A program made the position numbers and the translations under genes. A stretch of DNA of 64,000 nt. It comes from Mustelus asterias (Eukaryota). Location of the stretch: NCBI RefSeq assembly GCF_964213995.1, contig NC_135814.1, positions 14,942,001 to 15,006,000 of the forward strand, written 5' to 3'. The notes under the pieces were generated by a model. That model had not been told where the DNA came from. It saw only the letters and a program-made list of their open reading frames with translations, and ran no database searches. This document shows positions 1 to 12,365 of the stretch, one piece after another. Position 1 is the first letter of the stretch; each line of letters starts with the position of its first letter.

Positions 1-784
1 AACAAGCAAACTCGAAATAGGGAAAAATAATAATCAGAAGCACAAATAGATGGGCAGAATGGCCCATTTCTGTGCTGTAAGTTTTATCTAATTGTGTAAG
101 TTTGAAGTAGTCACATAGCATATACTGATAGAAAGTTAACTTTGATATTTTTCCAACTCCAACTGTTCATTTGGATTCATAGACAGGATGTATAACCTGT
201 TTGATCTATGCAAAGGAAAAAAAAAGATTTGGAATAGATGATAAAGGGTGACTGTAATATTCTCCTCCACTTGAGTCACTGCTGAGATGAACGAACCATT
301 TAGTACATCTGACTGAACTCAAAGAACCAGCAACAGCCCAGACTCAAACAGAAGCAAATTGCACTGCTTTGACCTTGGAAAGATCACATGACATCTGACC
401 ACCACACTCGCCTACACTTTGCGACTGATGTTGTAGGTAGGCCATCACTTTCCTCTAACTGTACTTTCCATCTGATTGGAAACTCCTGCACTCAGGTTCC
501 TCAGCATGTTCCCAAGCTTCCCATCACTTTATCAGAAATCACGACTGATTGTTGACCATTCAACATGTTTATATCACAACTACACAAGAGGTTTGAATTG
601 AAAACTCTTCAAAAACAGTCAGTCAAAAATGTTGATGTACCTGATGAAACATTAAGCGTCACAAGACACGGGTGAAATCATCTCGCCTTGGTCCCCAACA
701 AACGATGGGGTCATTTTAGGTTTGGGAACTCTGTGAGCTGTGCACTTGTGGTTGCATTTTCCCACAGCAAACCTCACAAAATTA

Positions 785-1598
785 CTGCAGAAGGAGGCCA
801 TTTGGCCCATTGTGTCTGTACCGGCTCTCCAAATGACCACTGTGACTTAGTGCCATTCCTCTGCCTTTTCCCAGTACCCCTGCACATTGTTTCTATATAG
901 TAACTAATGGCCTCTTAAATACCTCGAATTGAACCTACCGCCACTACACTTCCAGATAGTGCATTCCAGACCCCAACCACTCGCTGTGAAAAAAGTTTTT
1001 TTTTGCTTCATTTGCTTCTTTTGCAAATCACTTTAAATCTGTGCCCTCTCTCTCGGTCCTTTTACCAACAGGAACAATTTATCCCTATCTACTCTGTCCA
1101 ACCCCTTCATGATTTTGAACATCTCTATTAAATTTCCTCTTAGTCTTCTTCTCGCTAAGGAGAAAAGCCCAACCACTCCAATCTATCCACATAACTGAAA
1201 TTTATCTTCCTGAGACTGTTCTTGTAAACCTTCTCTGCACTCTTTCCCATGCATTCGCACCCTTACTATACCGTGATGCCCATAAATGTACACAATATTA
1301 CAGCTGAGGTCTAATTACTGTCTTGTATAATTTCACCACAACCTCCTTGCTCTTGTACTCTGCGCCCCATTAATAAAGCTCAGAATACCCATATGTTTTA
1401 TTAACTGCTCTCACCACTTGTCCTGCCACCTTCAATGATCTACGCACATGTACATCCAGGTCCTTCTGCTACTGCGCCCCTTTAAGAATTTATCCCTATT
1501 TTATATTGTCTCTCTATGTTTTTTCTACCAAAATGCATCACCTCACACTTCCCCGCACTGAACTTCATCTGCCACCTATATGCCCACTCCACCAACTT
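785..1598 (-). mobile_element. Degenerate CR1 LINE 3' part (continues at about 2185-2300 after a Rex1 insertion)
   Basis: Similarity to other CR1 copies here (aaatgcatcacctcacac, ccaaccactcgctgtg, gaaggaggccatttggccc tail). Confidence 0.8.
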
Positions 1599-1599
1599 T

Positions 1600-2175
1600 T
1601 TGATTTGATTTGAATTGATTTATTATTGTCACATGTATTAGTATACAGTGAAAAGTATTATTTCTTGCATGCTGTACAGAGAAAGCATACCGTTCATAGA
1701 GAAGGAAAGGAGAGAGTCCAGAATGTAGTGTTACAGTCATAGCTAGGGAGGAGAGAAAAATCAACTTAATGCGAGGTAGGCCCATTCAAAAGTCTGATGG
1801 CAGCAGGGAAGAAGCTGTTCTTCAGTCAGTTTGTACGTGACCTCAGACTTTTGTATCTTTTTACCAATGGAAGAAGGGTGCATGGTGTCCTTGATTATGC
1901 TGGCTGCTTTGCCGAGGCAGTGGGAAGTGTAAACAGAGTCAATGCATGGGAGGCTGGTTTGCATGATGGATTGGGCTACATTCACGACCTTTTGTAGTTT
2001 ATTGTGGTCTTGGGCAGAGCAGGAGCCATACCAGACTGTGATACAACCAGAAAGAATGTTTTCTATGGTGCATCTGTAAAAGTTGGTGAGAGTCGTAGCT
2101 GATATGCCAAATTTCCTTAGCCTCCTGAGAAAGTAGAGGCGTTGATGGGCTTTCTTAACTATAGGCGTCGGCATG
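1600..2175 (-). mobile_element. Rex1/Babar-type LINE 3' end
   Basis: ORF 1761-2174 KKAHQRLYFLRRLRKFG...FYRCTIENILSGCITVWYG is typical of the Rex1 C-terminus; (AAATC)n tail. Confidence 0.88.
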
Positions 2176-2467
2176 GGGGCATGTCGACTTGTCTATGTCC
2201 TTTGAAGTTCTACACTGCTCTCTTTCCCATTTACAACACTTTCAAGTTTCATGCAATCTGCCAGCTTTGAAATTGTCCCCTACACCCCAAGATCTGGGAG
2301 GATGGATGGCAGAACTTCTTTAAAGCAATAATGAAGGATTTCTGTTTAGAGAGAGAGACCTCAGTAGGACTCTCATTGGCAGGAGTATGCGCAGTAACTA
2401 TCCAGTGTGAAGACGCTCCCCTCATTTCCCACTACTGGGTTTGTTGATGTCACACTGAGAAGTTTTT

Positions 2468-2800
2468 AAATTTCATTCATAGGACATGACCGTTGCTGGC
2501 TGGCCAGCATTTATTGCCCATCCCTAGTTGCCCAGGTCAACCACATTGCTGTGGCTCTGGAGTCACATGTAAGCCAGACCAGGTAAGGACGACAGATTTC
2601 CTTCCCTGAATTACATTAGTGAACTAGATGGGTTTTTACGACAATTGACAATGGTTTTATGGTCATCAGTAGATTCTTAATTCCAGATAAATATTGAATT
2701 CAAATTCCACCATCTGCGGAGGCAGGATTCGAACTCGAGTCTCCCAACATTAGCTGAGTTTCTGGATTAATAGTCTAGCGATAATACCACTAGGCCAGCC
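2468..2800 (-). mobile_element. tRNA-derived SINE (Meta-SINE-like)
   Basis: tRNA-like head, GGAAGGAAATCTG..CCTTACCTGGTCTGG..TACATGTGACTCCAG core and CAATAAATGCTGGCC tail; multiple copies in the window. Confidence 0.8.
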
Positions 2801-2806
2801 TTCTGC

Positions 2807-3010
2807 ATCGTAGAATCCCTACAATGCAGAAGGAGGCCATTTGGTCCATCAAGTCTGCACTGACTCTCCGACAGAGCATCTTAGCCAGGCCCTAACCCTG
2901 TAACCCCAAATATTTACCCCGCTAATCCCCTTAACCGCCCCCTAACCTACACATCTAGGGACACACGAAGGGGCAATTTGGCATGGCCAATCCACCTAAC
3001 CTGCACACTT
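2807..3010 (-). mobile_element. HE1-type V-SINE, 3' half
   Basis: Matches the 3' half of full copies such as 12021-12363. Confidence 0.8.
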
Positions 3011-3675
3011 GGTCTAATGTCTCCTTGATGTCAAGGGCAGCAATTCTCACCTCACCTCCAGAATTCAACTCCTTTTGTTCATGATTGTACCAAGGCTGTA
3101 ATGAAGTTTGGAACTGAGTGACCCTGAGAACATTCACAGAATCCCTGGCTGCATGTGTCAGTCCCATTTAGCTAGTTCTTTCCTCCAATCAACCCTCTGG
3201 CCCCATTTGTCTGGCCCTGCACTTAGTTATAAATTGTAAAAGCTATTCCCAGTTTTAGGATCAAATTACCTAATAATTCACCCTTCTGCAACATTAATAT
3301 TGATATAAATATTAAATATCCAATCATAATGCCACTCTTTGCCTCCAGACAGGAAAATGTAAAACGAGTTACTGAGTGCCGCTGCTCAGGGAGAGCTCCT
3401 TCTGCGGCTGCGCGTCTAGTTCCACTGTAATAGATAGGGCATATTCTACCGCGCTGTGCATTCTGGGTAGCGATATCTACCATTATCGCTCTGGGTCCTG
3501 GGACACATCCCATTAAAATCAGACTGGGAGAATCGCGTTTGGGACAGGGAATATGAAAGTAAGGTAACAAATAATCAATAAAGTGAGTACGTACTGAAAT
3601 CCCTGGCTCCAACACCACATAAAACCAATGTGTGTGTGTGTGTCGAGTAATAGAGCATAGAGTCACACATTTTTC

Positions 3676-3850
3676 ATAGAATCATAGAATCCCTACAGTG
3701 CAGACGTAAGCCATTTGGCCCATCGAGCCTGCACCGACAACAATCCTACCCAGGCCCTATCCTCGTAACCCCATATATTTACCCCACTAATCCCCCCGAC
3801 ACTAAGGGGAAATTTAGCCTGGCCAATCAACTTAACACCCACATCTTTGG
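3676..3850 (-). mobile_element. HE1-type V-SINE, 3' half
   Basis: catagaatcatagaatccctacagtgcaga tail and V-domain end. Confidence 0.8.
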
Positions 3851-3975
3851 ATATATATCCACACAATATACATATATTTTATATATTGAGTACATATATA
3901 GTGCGTATATAGGATATATAGTATACATACTATGCATATATATTGTATGTATATATATATAGAGAGAGAGAGAGA
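3851..3975. repeat. Imperfect (TA)n/(GA)n microsatellite
   Basis: Direct inspection. Confidence 0.85.
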
Positions 3976-4164
3976 TAATGCAAGCAATGTATGGTACAAT
4001 GACCGGCTGTCCCGTTCCCACTTTGGCAAACCTGTTGTTGGAATAAACTTTTTTTCAGGTAAAAAGCTGTTCCTCACTCGATAAGTCGAATTAATTATCA
4101 CTGTGAGTTCATTAGTTTCGTTGCAGGTCCTTGAAGCAGGAGGAATTAACTCACATAGGCGCCT

Positions 4165-4270
4165 TAGAGTTGACGAAGTTTCATCCAGACTCGAAACGTT
4201 GGCTCTATTCTCTCCCCACAGATGCTGTCAGACCTGCTGCGATTTTCCAGCATTTTCTGTTTTTGTTGCT
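4165..4270 (+). mobile_element. Short Penelope-derived element with degenerate minimal hammerhead motif
   Basis: TTGACGA-agtttcatccagactc-GAAA-CG-TT followed by the family tail ctctccccacagatgctgtcagacctgctg. Confidence 0.65.
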
Positions 4271-4854
4271 GGAAATATTGGGTCAGGAAACAGCTATTTC
4301 GGGAGCTTTAAAGTTAACATTTTGGTCAATAACTTTTCGTTAGAAATTAGATGTTGACTTGTTACTTTTTTTTTAGGCATGGTTTCATGAAATATTAGCA
4401 TGTTTTTTTTACCGAAATGTTAATGAATCTGTCTGCGAAGGTAGAGTTGGAGGAACTGCTCAAGTAAGCTGTCGTCTCCAGTTTGACCTGTTCCTAAAAA
4501 TTTGATCATGGGGGACAACTGATGGAATATTTAATCGCATGACATTTGACAAAGTGGCATTTACCTATTGTTTGCGAATGTATTCAGCTTGGCTGAGTGC
4601 AATGATTCCTCGAAGCATCACGGGTGCGAGTTCAGTAACCATCTAACATAAGGGGCCGAACACCAGGACAATTTCTCCTGAAAGATATGCGAGTGTGCGG
4701 CCGTGTAGGAGGCTTCAATGTACCCGGCAGTGTAACAGGTCAGACAAAAATGAGGAAACATTGGCTGAATGCCAGAATGACAAGCTCCAAATAAAATATC
4801 TACAATTTTATTTTCTACTGAAACGAATAAATCAAACTGAGAACATTCAAGATT

Positions 4855-5040
4855 ACAACAAAATACTGGCGGATGCTGGAATCTGAAACAAAAACAGAAA
4901 ATGTTGGAAAATCTCAGCAGGTCTGACAGCAAATGTGGCGAGAGAGAAGGGTCATCTTGACTCGAAACGTTGCTCTATTCCCTCTCCACAAATGCTATCA
5001 GGCCTGCTGAGCTTTTCCAGCATTTTCTGGGGTTTTTTGA
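4855..5040. mobile_element. Palindromic (inverted dimer) Penelope-derived short element
   Basis: Arm 4885-4947 (cagaaaatgttggaaaatctcagcaggtctgacagc) is the reverse complement of 4982-5029, with a central gggtcatcttgactcgaaacgtt hammerhead remnant. Confidence 0.7.
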
Positions 5041-5574
5041 GAACATTCAAGAACAGGCATTGTAATATTTAAGTCAAAATTCTGTGCGGTTTCTACGTTA
5101 CAAGAAAAACACGAAGCAAATTCCTCCTAGTTGACAAAATTATCATGGGTGTAAGTAACTTCCAAATGAAGCATTTGTACATTTTTTATTTACTTTTGGC
5201 AATAGATGGCAAGCTGTAAAAACAATAAATAAAACAAAACCCAAACCAAAGCGGATTCGCTACACTGATTCCCAGGATTGAAGCCCCGTTTCAGGGAGGT
5301 GAGATTCGGGCCTTAAGACTCCAAACAGAAAGTTCATAAACATAGCTACAGCGAGATTCAAAACATGAACACTTGCCCCATTACCCCCCACCCGCCCCCC
5401 GGTCCGGTTTCTGCTTCCCCACCCCCAGTTTATATTTCTCCCTCTCCCTCCCTGTGTTTGCATGTCTTTCTCAACCTCCTAACCCCCTGTCTGGGTCTCT
5501 CTCCCTCCTCCCATTTCTGTCTCCCACTCTCTCGCCCCTCTCCCCAGCACACCCCCGCCCCCCAACCCCCCACT

Positions 5575-5672
5575 CCACAAAAATCAGCAGAAAATGCCTA
5601 AAGATTTCGGCAGGGCTGACAGCATCCGTGGAGAGAGAATGGAGCTGACGTTTCAAGTCTGGGTGACCCTCG
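5575..5672 (-). mobile_element. Short Penelope-derived element, degenerate
   Basis: cagaaaatgc...ctgacagcatccgtggagagagaatggagctgacgtttcaagtctgggtgaccct matches the family. Confidence 0.6.
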
Positions 5673-6351
5673 AGGCAATGGTTCTCCAGTTTCCTTACAC
5701 CTCACCCCAGCCTCACACGTTTTGTGCTCCTCTCTCCCTCCCGCCGCCTGTGTTGCTTTTTTTGTAACTCGCGGACCGCCTACTCCACTCCCCTTGGTGC
5801 TGAATAGCAGGGGACCAGCAAGGGCCCTGACCAAGAAACTGATCTCAGGCTATCACAGCCAGGACGTTGTGCGTGTGTGTGTGTTTGCAGACCATGCATT
5901 CCAGTTGCATTACTCCCGACTCACCAGCACTCGATAAATCAATCGCCCATTCCAATAGACTGCCGTCGACATTAGGTTTGGGAATCTAATCTCAAGCCTC
6001 GAATTTCTCTTTACGTCCAAAAAAAAACAATAATCATCTCAACTAAAACGTCGGGAGTAATTGCAACCCTCATACGACAGTCCCTAGTTTCTGGTTTTGC
6101 CAGCTGACCCGCTCGCTGGCCAAACTGACTTGTTACCAGGCACTGTTCCAGGGGCTGTTGCATTCAGCAAAACCGAGCCTCTCTGAAGTTCCGCCGCACT
6201 CCCCCTGCCCCCTTCACCCGGCTACCTGTAAAATCGGTGTCTGTGTGTGAACAGATTATTGGAACAGAATTTCACCTGCAGACCAATGTTCCAGGCATGT
6301 GTACACCTTTCTCACCACCGTCATTATGCCAGGATTAAAAAGCATAATGGA

Positions 6352-6733
6352 CTCATCACGCAAACCAGCCTCCCATCCATTGACTCTGTCTACACTTCAC
6401 GCTGCCTCGGCAAAGCAGCCAGTATAATTAAGGACCTCAGGCACCCTGGACATTCTCTCTTCCACCTTCTTCCTTCGGGAAAAAGATACAAAAGTCTGAG
6501 GTCACGTACCAACCGACTCAAGAACAGCTTCTTCCCTGCTGCGATCAGACTTTTGAATGGACTTACCTTGCATTAAGTTGATCTTTCTCTACACCCTAGC
6601 TATGACTGTTACACTACATGCTGCACTCGCTCCTTTCCTTCTCTATGAACGGTATGTTTTGTCTGTATAGCGTGCAAGAAACAATACTTTTCACTATATG
6701 TTAATACATGTGACAATAATAAATCAAATCAAA
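6352..6733 (+). mobile_element. Rex1/Babar LINE 3' end
   Basis: ITQTSLPSIDSVYTSRCLGKAASIIKD...HPGHSLFHLLPSGKRYKSLRSRTNRLKNSFFP; (AAATC)n tail. Confidence 0.9.
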
Positions 6734-8119
6734 AAAACATTCATTGAAATATTATAAAAGAAAAAAGTTGTGGCTGAGAGAGCGAGGAGAACAAATTCTG
6801 GTGTCCTGCTCCATGCTACTCGGAACCAGAACTGCACAAATATCACACACACATTTTATTTATATGCATCAATGCATCATATCTATCAGATGCATATATG
6901 CTGTATAAAAGAGAGCAGCTTTTCTCCATATGTGGGATTGAAAGTGCTGAATGATCACTCTGCGGCAAACCTTTGAAGTCTGGCCAGTTATCTTTTAACT
7001 AGCAAGATCAGAGAAACAGAATGTCAACTGTCATACGTTAACAGAACCACTGATGCCTTGACATCACCATGTCTTAGCCTCCTTCTCCAACTTAACACTC
7101 ATTTTAATTTACACCTTCGACAGTTGGCGCTAAGAAGAAAGGAAGGATTAAAGTCAAAGTGGCAACTCCGAATCCAAATGAGTAATTTGTTGGATGTTTA
7201 TCGTACCATGGTGTTTAGATCTAACTGAAAGTCATTCTGATTTGAGTTTGTCACAGGACGATTTGTTTGCACATTTTGCATTGCTCCAGATTTAGCTTTG
7301 CAGCAACCGGAAATATCCAATCGAACTCGAGTGCAACTTGCGAAGGTTTGGATGTCAACCTTGTAATTTGTGCTTACTTCCTCAGGATTCCGCCATGGAA
7401 AGTGTACAGCGCAATGTGAACTTTAAAGTTCACACGTGGTTCACTATTTTTTTTAAGTTGGCCATCAGCAGTGTTAGCTTTTCAGTGAAAGAAGGACTAT
7501 TTTCACTCTATGTACCTCTAAATCCGGAATCTGGAAATTCCTCTTGCCAACATTAGGTTGTAAATACTTTATGGCTGGGATTTTCTGGTAGTAATGACAG
7601 CAAAACTGACAGCAGCTTCTGGAGTCTGCATATGCGTCGCTGAACAGGGAAATGCAGAAGCTGCTGTCAGTAATTCTGCATTCTCCATAAGGGTGCTATT
7701 GAGGTCCCCTCATCCCATCCTCCAGACATCAAACAACTAGAAATCACTGAGCTGATGAAAATGTTCACTCTGCACTCTTATTCTCAAAACAAAAACCTTG
7801 GAAAAGTACATAATATTGAATGAGGTGCAACTGGGTTTTTAATGTCATATCTTAATAATTACTATGAAATGGACCGGTTGTTACATAAAATGTCATTTAA
7901 GTTAGTTGAATGCCAAGTTTCTCCATTATAGTAATAAAGTCCATATTTTTGGAAAGAGGGAGATTTCATAGTAACTTCATGACAGTGTAAGCCTACTTGT
8001 GACACAAATAAATAAACTTTAAACTCCAAAAGCTTTAAACTTCAAATTCCATATTTTTGATATAATATGTTTTTAAAAGTTACTGATACTTTTGCTAATC
8101 CATGTCACTATCTGTTAAA

Positions 8120-8400
8120 TCCCTTCTAGTTAAATCCCTCAGCCTTCCCTATTTCTGTAACCCACGACAGTCCTACCTACTATCACCTGCAGGCCTCCAA
8201 CTCTGCACCTCACTCTGATGGTCTTGATTAAGGCTCCTCTCAACCTTTTCTTTTTGACCCACCTAGCCTTCAACCATCTAGGGTCTAAACTCTACAGTTT
8301 CCTCCTTAAACCCATCTATTTTGCTGCCTCCCTCTCTGTGCTCTATCTGGACAAGAACATGGCACTGGTTAAGTCACTATGGATGTTTATCTTACAAAGG
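8120..8400 (+). mobile_element. Highly degenerate L2-like LINE 3' remnant
   Basis: ccctatttctgtaacc...gccttcaaccatctagg...ctccttaaa resembles fish/shark L2 3' ends (from recall). Confidence 0.4.
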
Positions 8401-9105
8401 TCACTTCTCCTCATCTACTGTCTCTTTCATTATCACAAAGATTGCTGCCACACCCTCAAATTGTCAGACTGATGCCCATACTTCATCCAGAAATCTATTC
8501 CAATCCTCTATAGCTTCCATCAATACCTCCATGACACTGGCCTCAATTCCATCAAACATCCCAGCAAATATCTCAGGCTGAGTCAAGAGATTGAGAGCCA
8601 TAGCATGCTATTCAACTTCAAGCTCTGCTTCCTTGCCCAGTTCCTCTTCTGTTTTCGGCTTTAATTTTCTCAATAGCCTCTCCATCTCACCATTCCACAC
8701 ATTTTCATCCAAGCATTTGCAGCTCATGCCATATTGATATGGAGCTGCACACTTTTCACCTCTGTCCTCTTTAAGCTCCATTAGTTCCTTATGGCCAGTT
8801 AGTGATTTCCAAATTCTAATTCTTATAAATCTCATAATGACCTCATGCCACATTTGATTTGTGATCACCTCCTCCACATGCATATACTCTGTTCCTCTGC
8901 GAATGCACTTCTCCTCATCCCTCACACACCTTCTGCTCTCCCACTGGAAGCCACAATGCTCCTGTCTCGTGCAACTCTCTCTCTCTTCAGTTCCCTATGT
9001 TTCCATATGGCTCTCCTCCCCCCACCTCCACAAAGACTCTTTCAAAAGCCTCCTCAACAACAATTCTTTCAGTTTCTCTTCCCTATTCCCTCCCTTTTCT
9101 CAAGT

Positions 9106-10445
9106 TCATGATAGAGTCATAGAGAAATAGAGGTTTACAGCATGGAAACAGGCCCTTCAGCCCAACTTGTCCATGCTGCCCTTTTTTAAAAAAACCCTAA
9201 GCTCGTCCCAATTGCCCGCATTTTGCCCATATCCCTCTATACCCATCATACCATGTAACTATCTAAATGCTTTTTAAAAGACAAAATTGTACCTGCCTCT
9301 ACTACTACCTCTGGCAGCTTGTTCCAGACACTCACCACTCTCTGTGTGAAAAAATTGCCCCTCTGGACACTTTTGTATCTCTCCCCTCTCACCTTAAACC
9401 TATGCCCTCTAGTTTTAGACTCCCCTACCTTTGGGAAAAGATATTGACTATCTAGCTGATCTATGCCCCTCATTATTTTATAAACCTCGATAAACCTGGG
9501 TGATTGGAATCGGCTGCCGTCAATGGTGGTGGAGGCAAACACGGTAGGGTCTTTTAAGAGACTTCTGGATGAGTACATGGGACTTAATAGGATTGAGGGT
9601 TATAGGTAAGCCTATATATAGGCCTAGGTAGGTAGGGACATGACCGGCGCAACTTGTGGGCCGAAGGGCCTGTTTGTGCTGTAGTTTTTCTATGTTTCTA
9701 TGTTCTATGTTCTAAGATCACCCCCCAGCCTCCTATACTCCAGAGAACAAAGTCCCAATCTATCCAGCCTCTCCTTATAACCCAATCCATCGAGTCCCAG
9801 TAGCATCCTAGTAAATTTTTTCTGCACTCTTTCTATAATACGGTGACCAGAATTGCACAGAGTATTCCAAGTGTGGCCTTACCAATGTCTTGTACAACTT
9901 CAACAAGACGCCCCAACTCCTGTATTCAATGTTCTGACCGATGAAACCAAGCATGCCAAATGCCTTATTCACCACTCTGTCTACCTGTGACTCCACTTTC
10001 AAGGAGCTATGAACATATACCCCTTGATCTCTTTGTTCTGTAACTCTCCCCAACGCCCTACCATTAACTGAGTAAGTTCTGCCCTGGTTCAATCTACCAA
10101 AATGCATCACCTCGCATTTGTCTAAATTAAACTCCATCAGTCATTCATCAGCCCACTGGCCCACTTGATCAAGATCCCGTTGCAATTGGAGATAACTTTC
10201 TTCACTGTCCACTATGCCACCAATCTTGGTGTCATCTGCAAACTTACTAACCATGCCTCCTGTATTCTCACCCAAATCATTAATATAAATGACAAATAAC
10301 AGTGGACCCAGCACTGGTCCCTGAGCCACACCACTGGTCACAGGCCTCCAGTTTGAAAACCAACTCTCTACAACCACCCTCTGGCTTCTGTGAAGAATCC
10401 AATTTTGTATCCATATAGATACCTCACCCTGGATCCCGTGATATC
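9106..10445 (-). mobile_element. 5'-truncated CR1 LINE containing a nested opposite-strand CR1 3' end (about 9496-9713)
   Basis: ORFs 10141-10488 (GVAQGPVLGP, FADD), 9808-10137 and 9246-9578. The nested piece ends in gggccgaagggcctgtt...(TTCTATG)n. Confidence 0.92.
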
Positions 10446-10842
10446 CTTTTCCTCCTCGTCGTAAAAAGACCAAGTTGTTTTCCTGCATCTTAGGAATTAC
10501 ATTAATAAGGTGATTTCAAGGGTAGTGGGAGGAGGCAGGAGCATAAACAGTAGGGACCATTTGAGCCAAATGGCTCGTTCCATGCAGTAAAATCAATGAG
10601 CAGTGCTCGATGAATAGCAATCATTGCTGTTTTATTAAAAAGGAAATGGTTAATAGCCAAATAATACTGCCACGGAACCCAAGAACTCTGACACCATACT
10701 GTCAGTCATGGAGTAGACCTTCGGGGCACAAGTTGATGAACACAGTGCTGCATGGATGAGAAGCTAGTAGCCTGTGAGCCAAATATGTGCAAGGTACATC
10801 AAGGTACTATAACAAGGCCACATTATATGCATGAAGAAGTGG

Positions 10843-11128
10843 AGTGGCACAGTTACACAGTGGTTATCATTCAGGTTCGATTCTCGGCTTGAGTCACTGT
10901 CTGTGTGGAGTTTGCACGTGCTCCCCATGTCTGCATGGGTTTCCTCCGGGTGCCTCGGTTTCCTCCCACAGTCCAAAAGACAAGCTGGTTAGGTGTAGTG
11001 GCCATGTTAAATTCTTCCTCAGTGTACCCGAATTGGTGCCGGAGTGTGGAGACTCGGGGATTTTTACAGTAATTTCATTGCAGTGTTAATGTAAGCCTAC
11101 TTGTGACACTAATCAAATAAATCTTTAA
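10843..11128 (+). mobile_element. V-SINE with Rex1-like tail (type 2)
   Basis: V-domain (gtggagtttgcacg..ctccccatgtctgcatgggtttcctccggg) plus cagtgttaatgtaagcctacttgtgacactaat tail. Confidence 0.85.
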
Positions 11129-11460
11129 ATAAAAAGTTGAAATGGTGTCAGTTGTAATTCTTAACCTAAGGCGTTTTGGTTTCAATTGTGAGATTAGTAC
11201 AGGTCTCCCACACTTGTTTAGCTTAGTAACACCTCCAAGCTGACTCATAATCAAGTCCTTATCACTCACCACTTAAAAACAAACTTAAAATCTACCGGAA
11301 AAGCAAACTAAGAAGAAGCATGTTAACAGCAATCTAATTTTGTAGTTTTGTTTATATTCTCCTATTTCAGTCAATTTTATTTCTGCTCTCCCCTTTGCAT
11401 TGTCAGATCCTTACTGAAGTGCAGTACCAAACATAACAGATGCAGTATCCATCCTGCATG

Positions 11461-11678
11461 CAAAAGCAAAGTACTGCAGATGATGGAAATAAAACTGAAA
11501 GTGCTGGAAACACTCAGCTGGTTGGGCAGACTCTGCGCAGAGAGAAACAGAGTTAATGTTTCAGGTGGATGACCTTTGGTGCTGATGAAAGGGCATCGAC
11601 CTGAAACATCTCAGTTTCTCTCTCTACAGGTGATGCCTGACCAGCTGGGCATTTCCAATGTTTTCTGTTTTTATTTTA
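11461..11678. mobile_element. Palindromic Penelope-derived element with back-to-back hammerhead motifs
   Basis: Inverted arms around 11580. Plus strand CTGATGA-aagggcatcgacct-GAAA at about 11582-11606; mirror remnant at about 11552-11577. Confidence 0.7.
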
Positions 11679-12020
11679 GATATCCTTCATGTGTGGCATG
11701 AAAAGTGATTGCTGTCAGATTATTTGAGAGTGAGTATCAGAGTCAAGTTCAATCCCTACACATGGATACTTTCAGTAGGGATGGCTAAATATGACCATGA
11801 GTAGGAAATTTACCTTTCCTTCATCTAAAAATGCTCTTTAATCCCTGCAGAAATCATCGGTAAATCCAGAATTGAATCGGAAATCATTCCCCCATTCCAT
11901 CCTGCTGAACTATTCATTGGTTGAGTCAAGAGAGTCTCAATATCCTTTATAAAGAATATTGAAAGAGGCAATAACTTTAAATTTTCTGCTGTGAATGTCT
12001 ATTTTTTCATATCACCCTGC

Positions 12021-12363
12021 CGGTACGGTAGCACAGTGGTTAGCACTGCTGCTTCACAGCTCCAGGGTCCCGGGTTCGATTCCCGGCTCGGGTCACTGTC
12101 TGTGTGGAGTTTGCACATTCTCCTCGTGTCTGCATGGGTTTTCTCCGGGTACTCCGGTTTCCTCCCACAGTCCAAAGATGTGCGGGTTAGGTTGATTGGC
12201 CAGGTTAAAAAAAAAAATTGCTCCTTAGAGTCCTGAGATGTGTAGGTTAGAGCGATTAGTGGGTAAATATGTGGGGATAGGGCCTGGGTGGGATTGTGGT
12301 CGGTGCAGACTCGATGGGCCGAATGGTCTCCTTCTGCACTGTAGGATTTTTATGATTTTATGA
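12021..12363 (+). mobile_element. Full-length HE1-type V-SINE
   Basis: A box (tagcacagtgg), B box (ggttcgattcc), V-domain and CR1-like tail. Confidence 0.92.
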
Positions 12364-12365
12364 TC

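Noticed and set aside
3223-3666. 147-aa minus-strand ORF
   Set aside because: Non-ATG start, spans a microsatellite and AT-rich DNA, and has no recognisable domain.
4565-4677. Candidate minus-strand exon (tttcag acceptor, AG|GTAAAT donor)
   Set aside because: Stop codons in all three frames.
11814-11944. Candidate minus-strand exon 2 (AG at about 11945, GTAAAT donor at 11813)
   Set aside because: Stop codons in all three frames.
12021-12095. tRNA gene-like sequences at SINE heads
   Set aside because: They are tRNA-derived heads of multi-copy SINEs continuing into the V-domain, not standalone tRNA genes.
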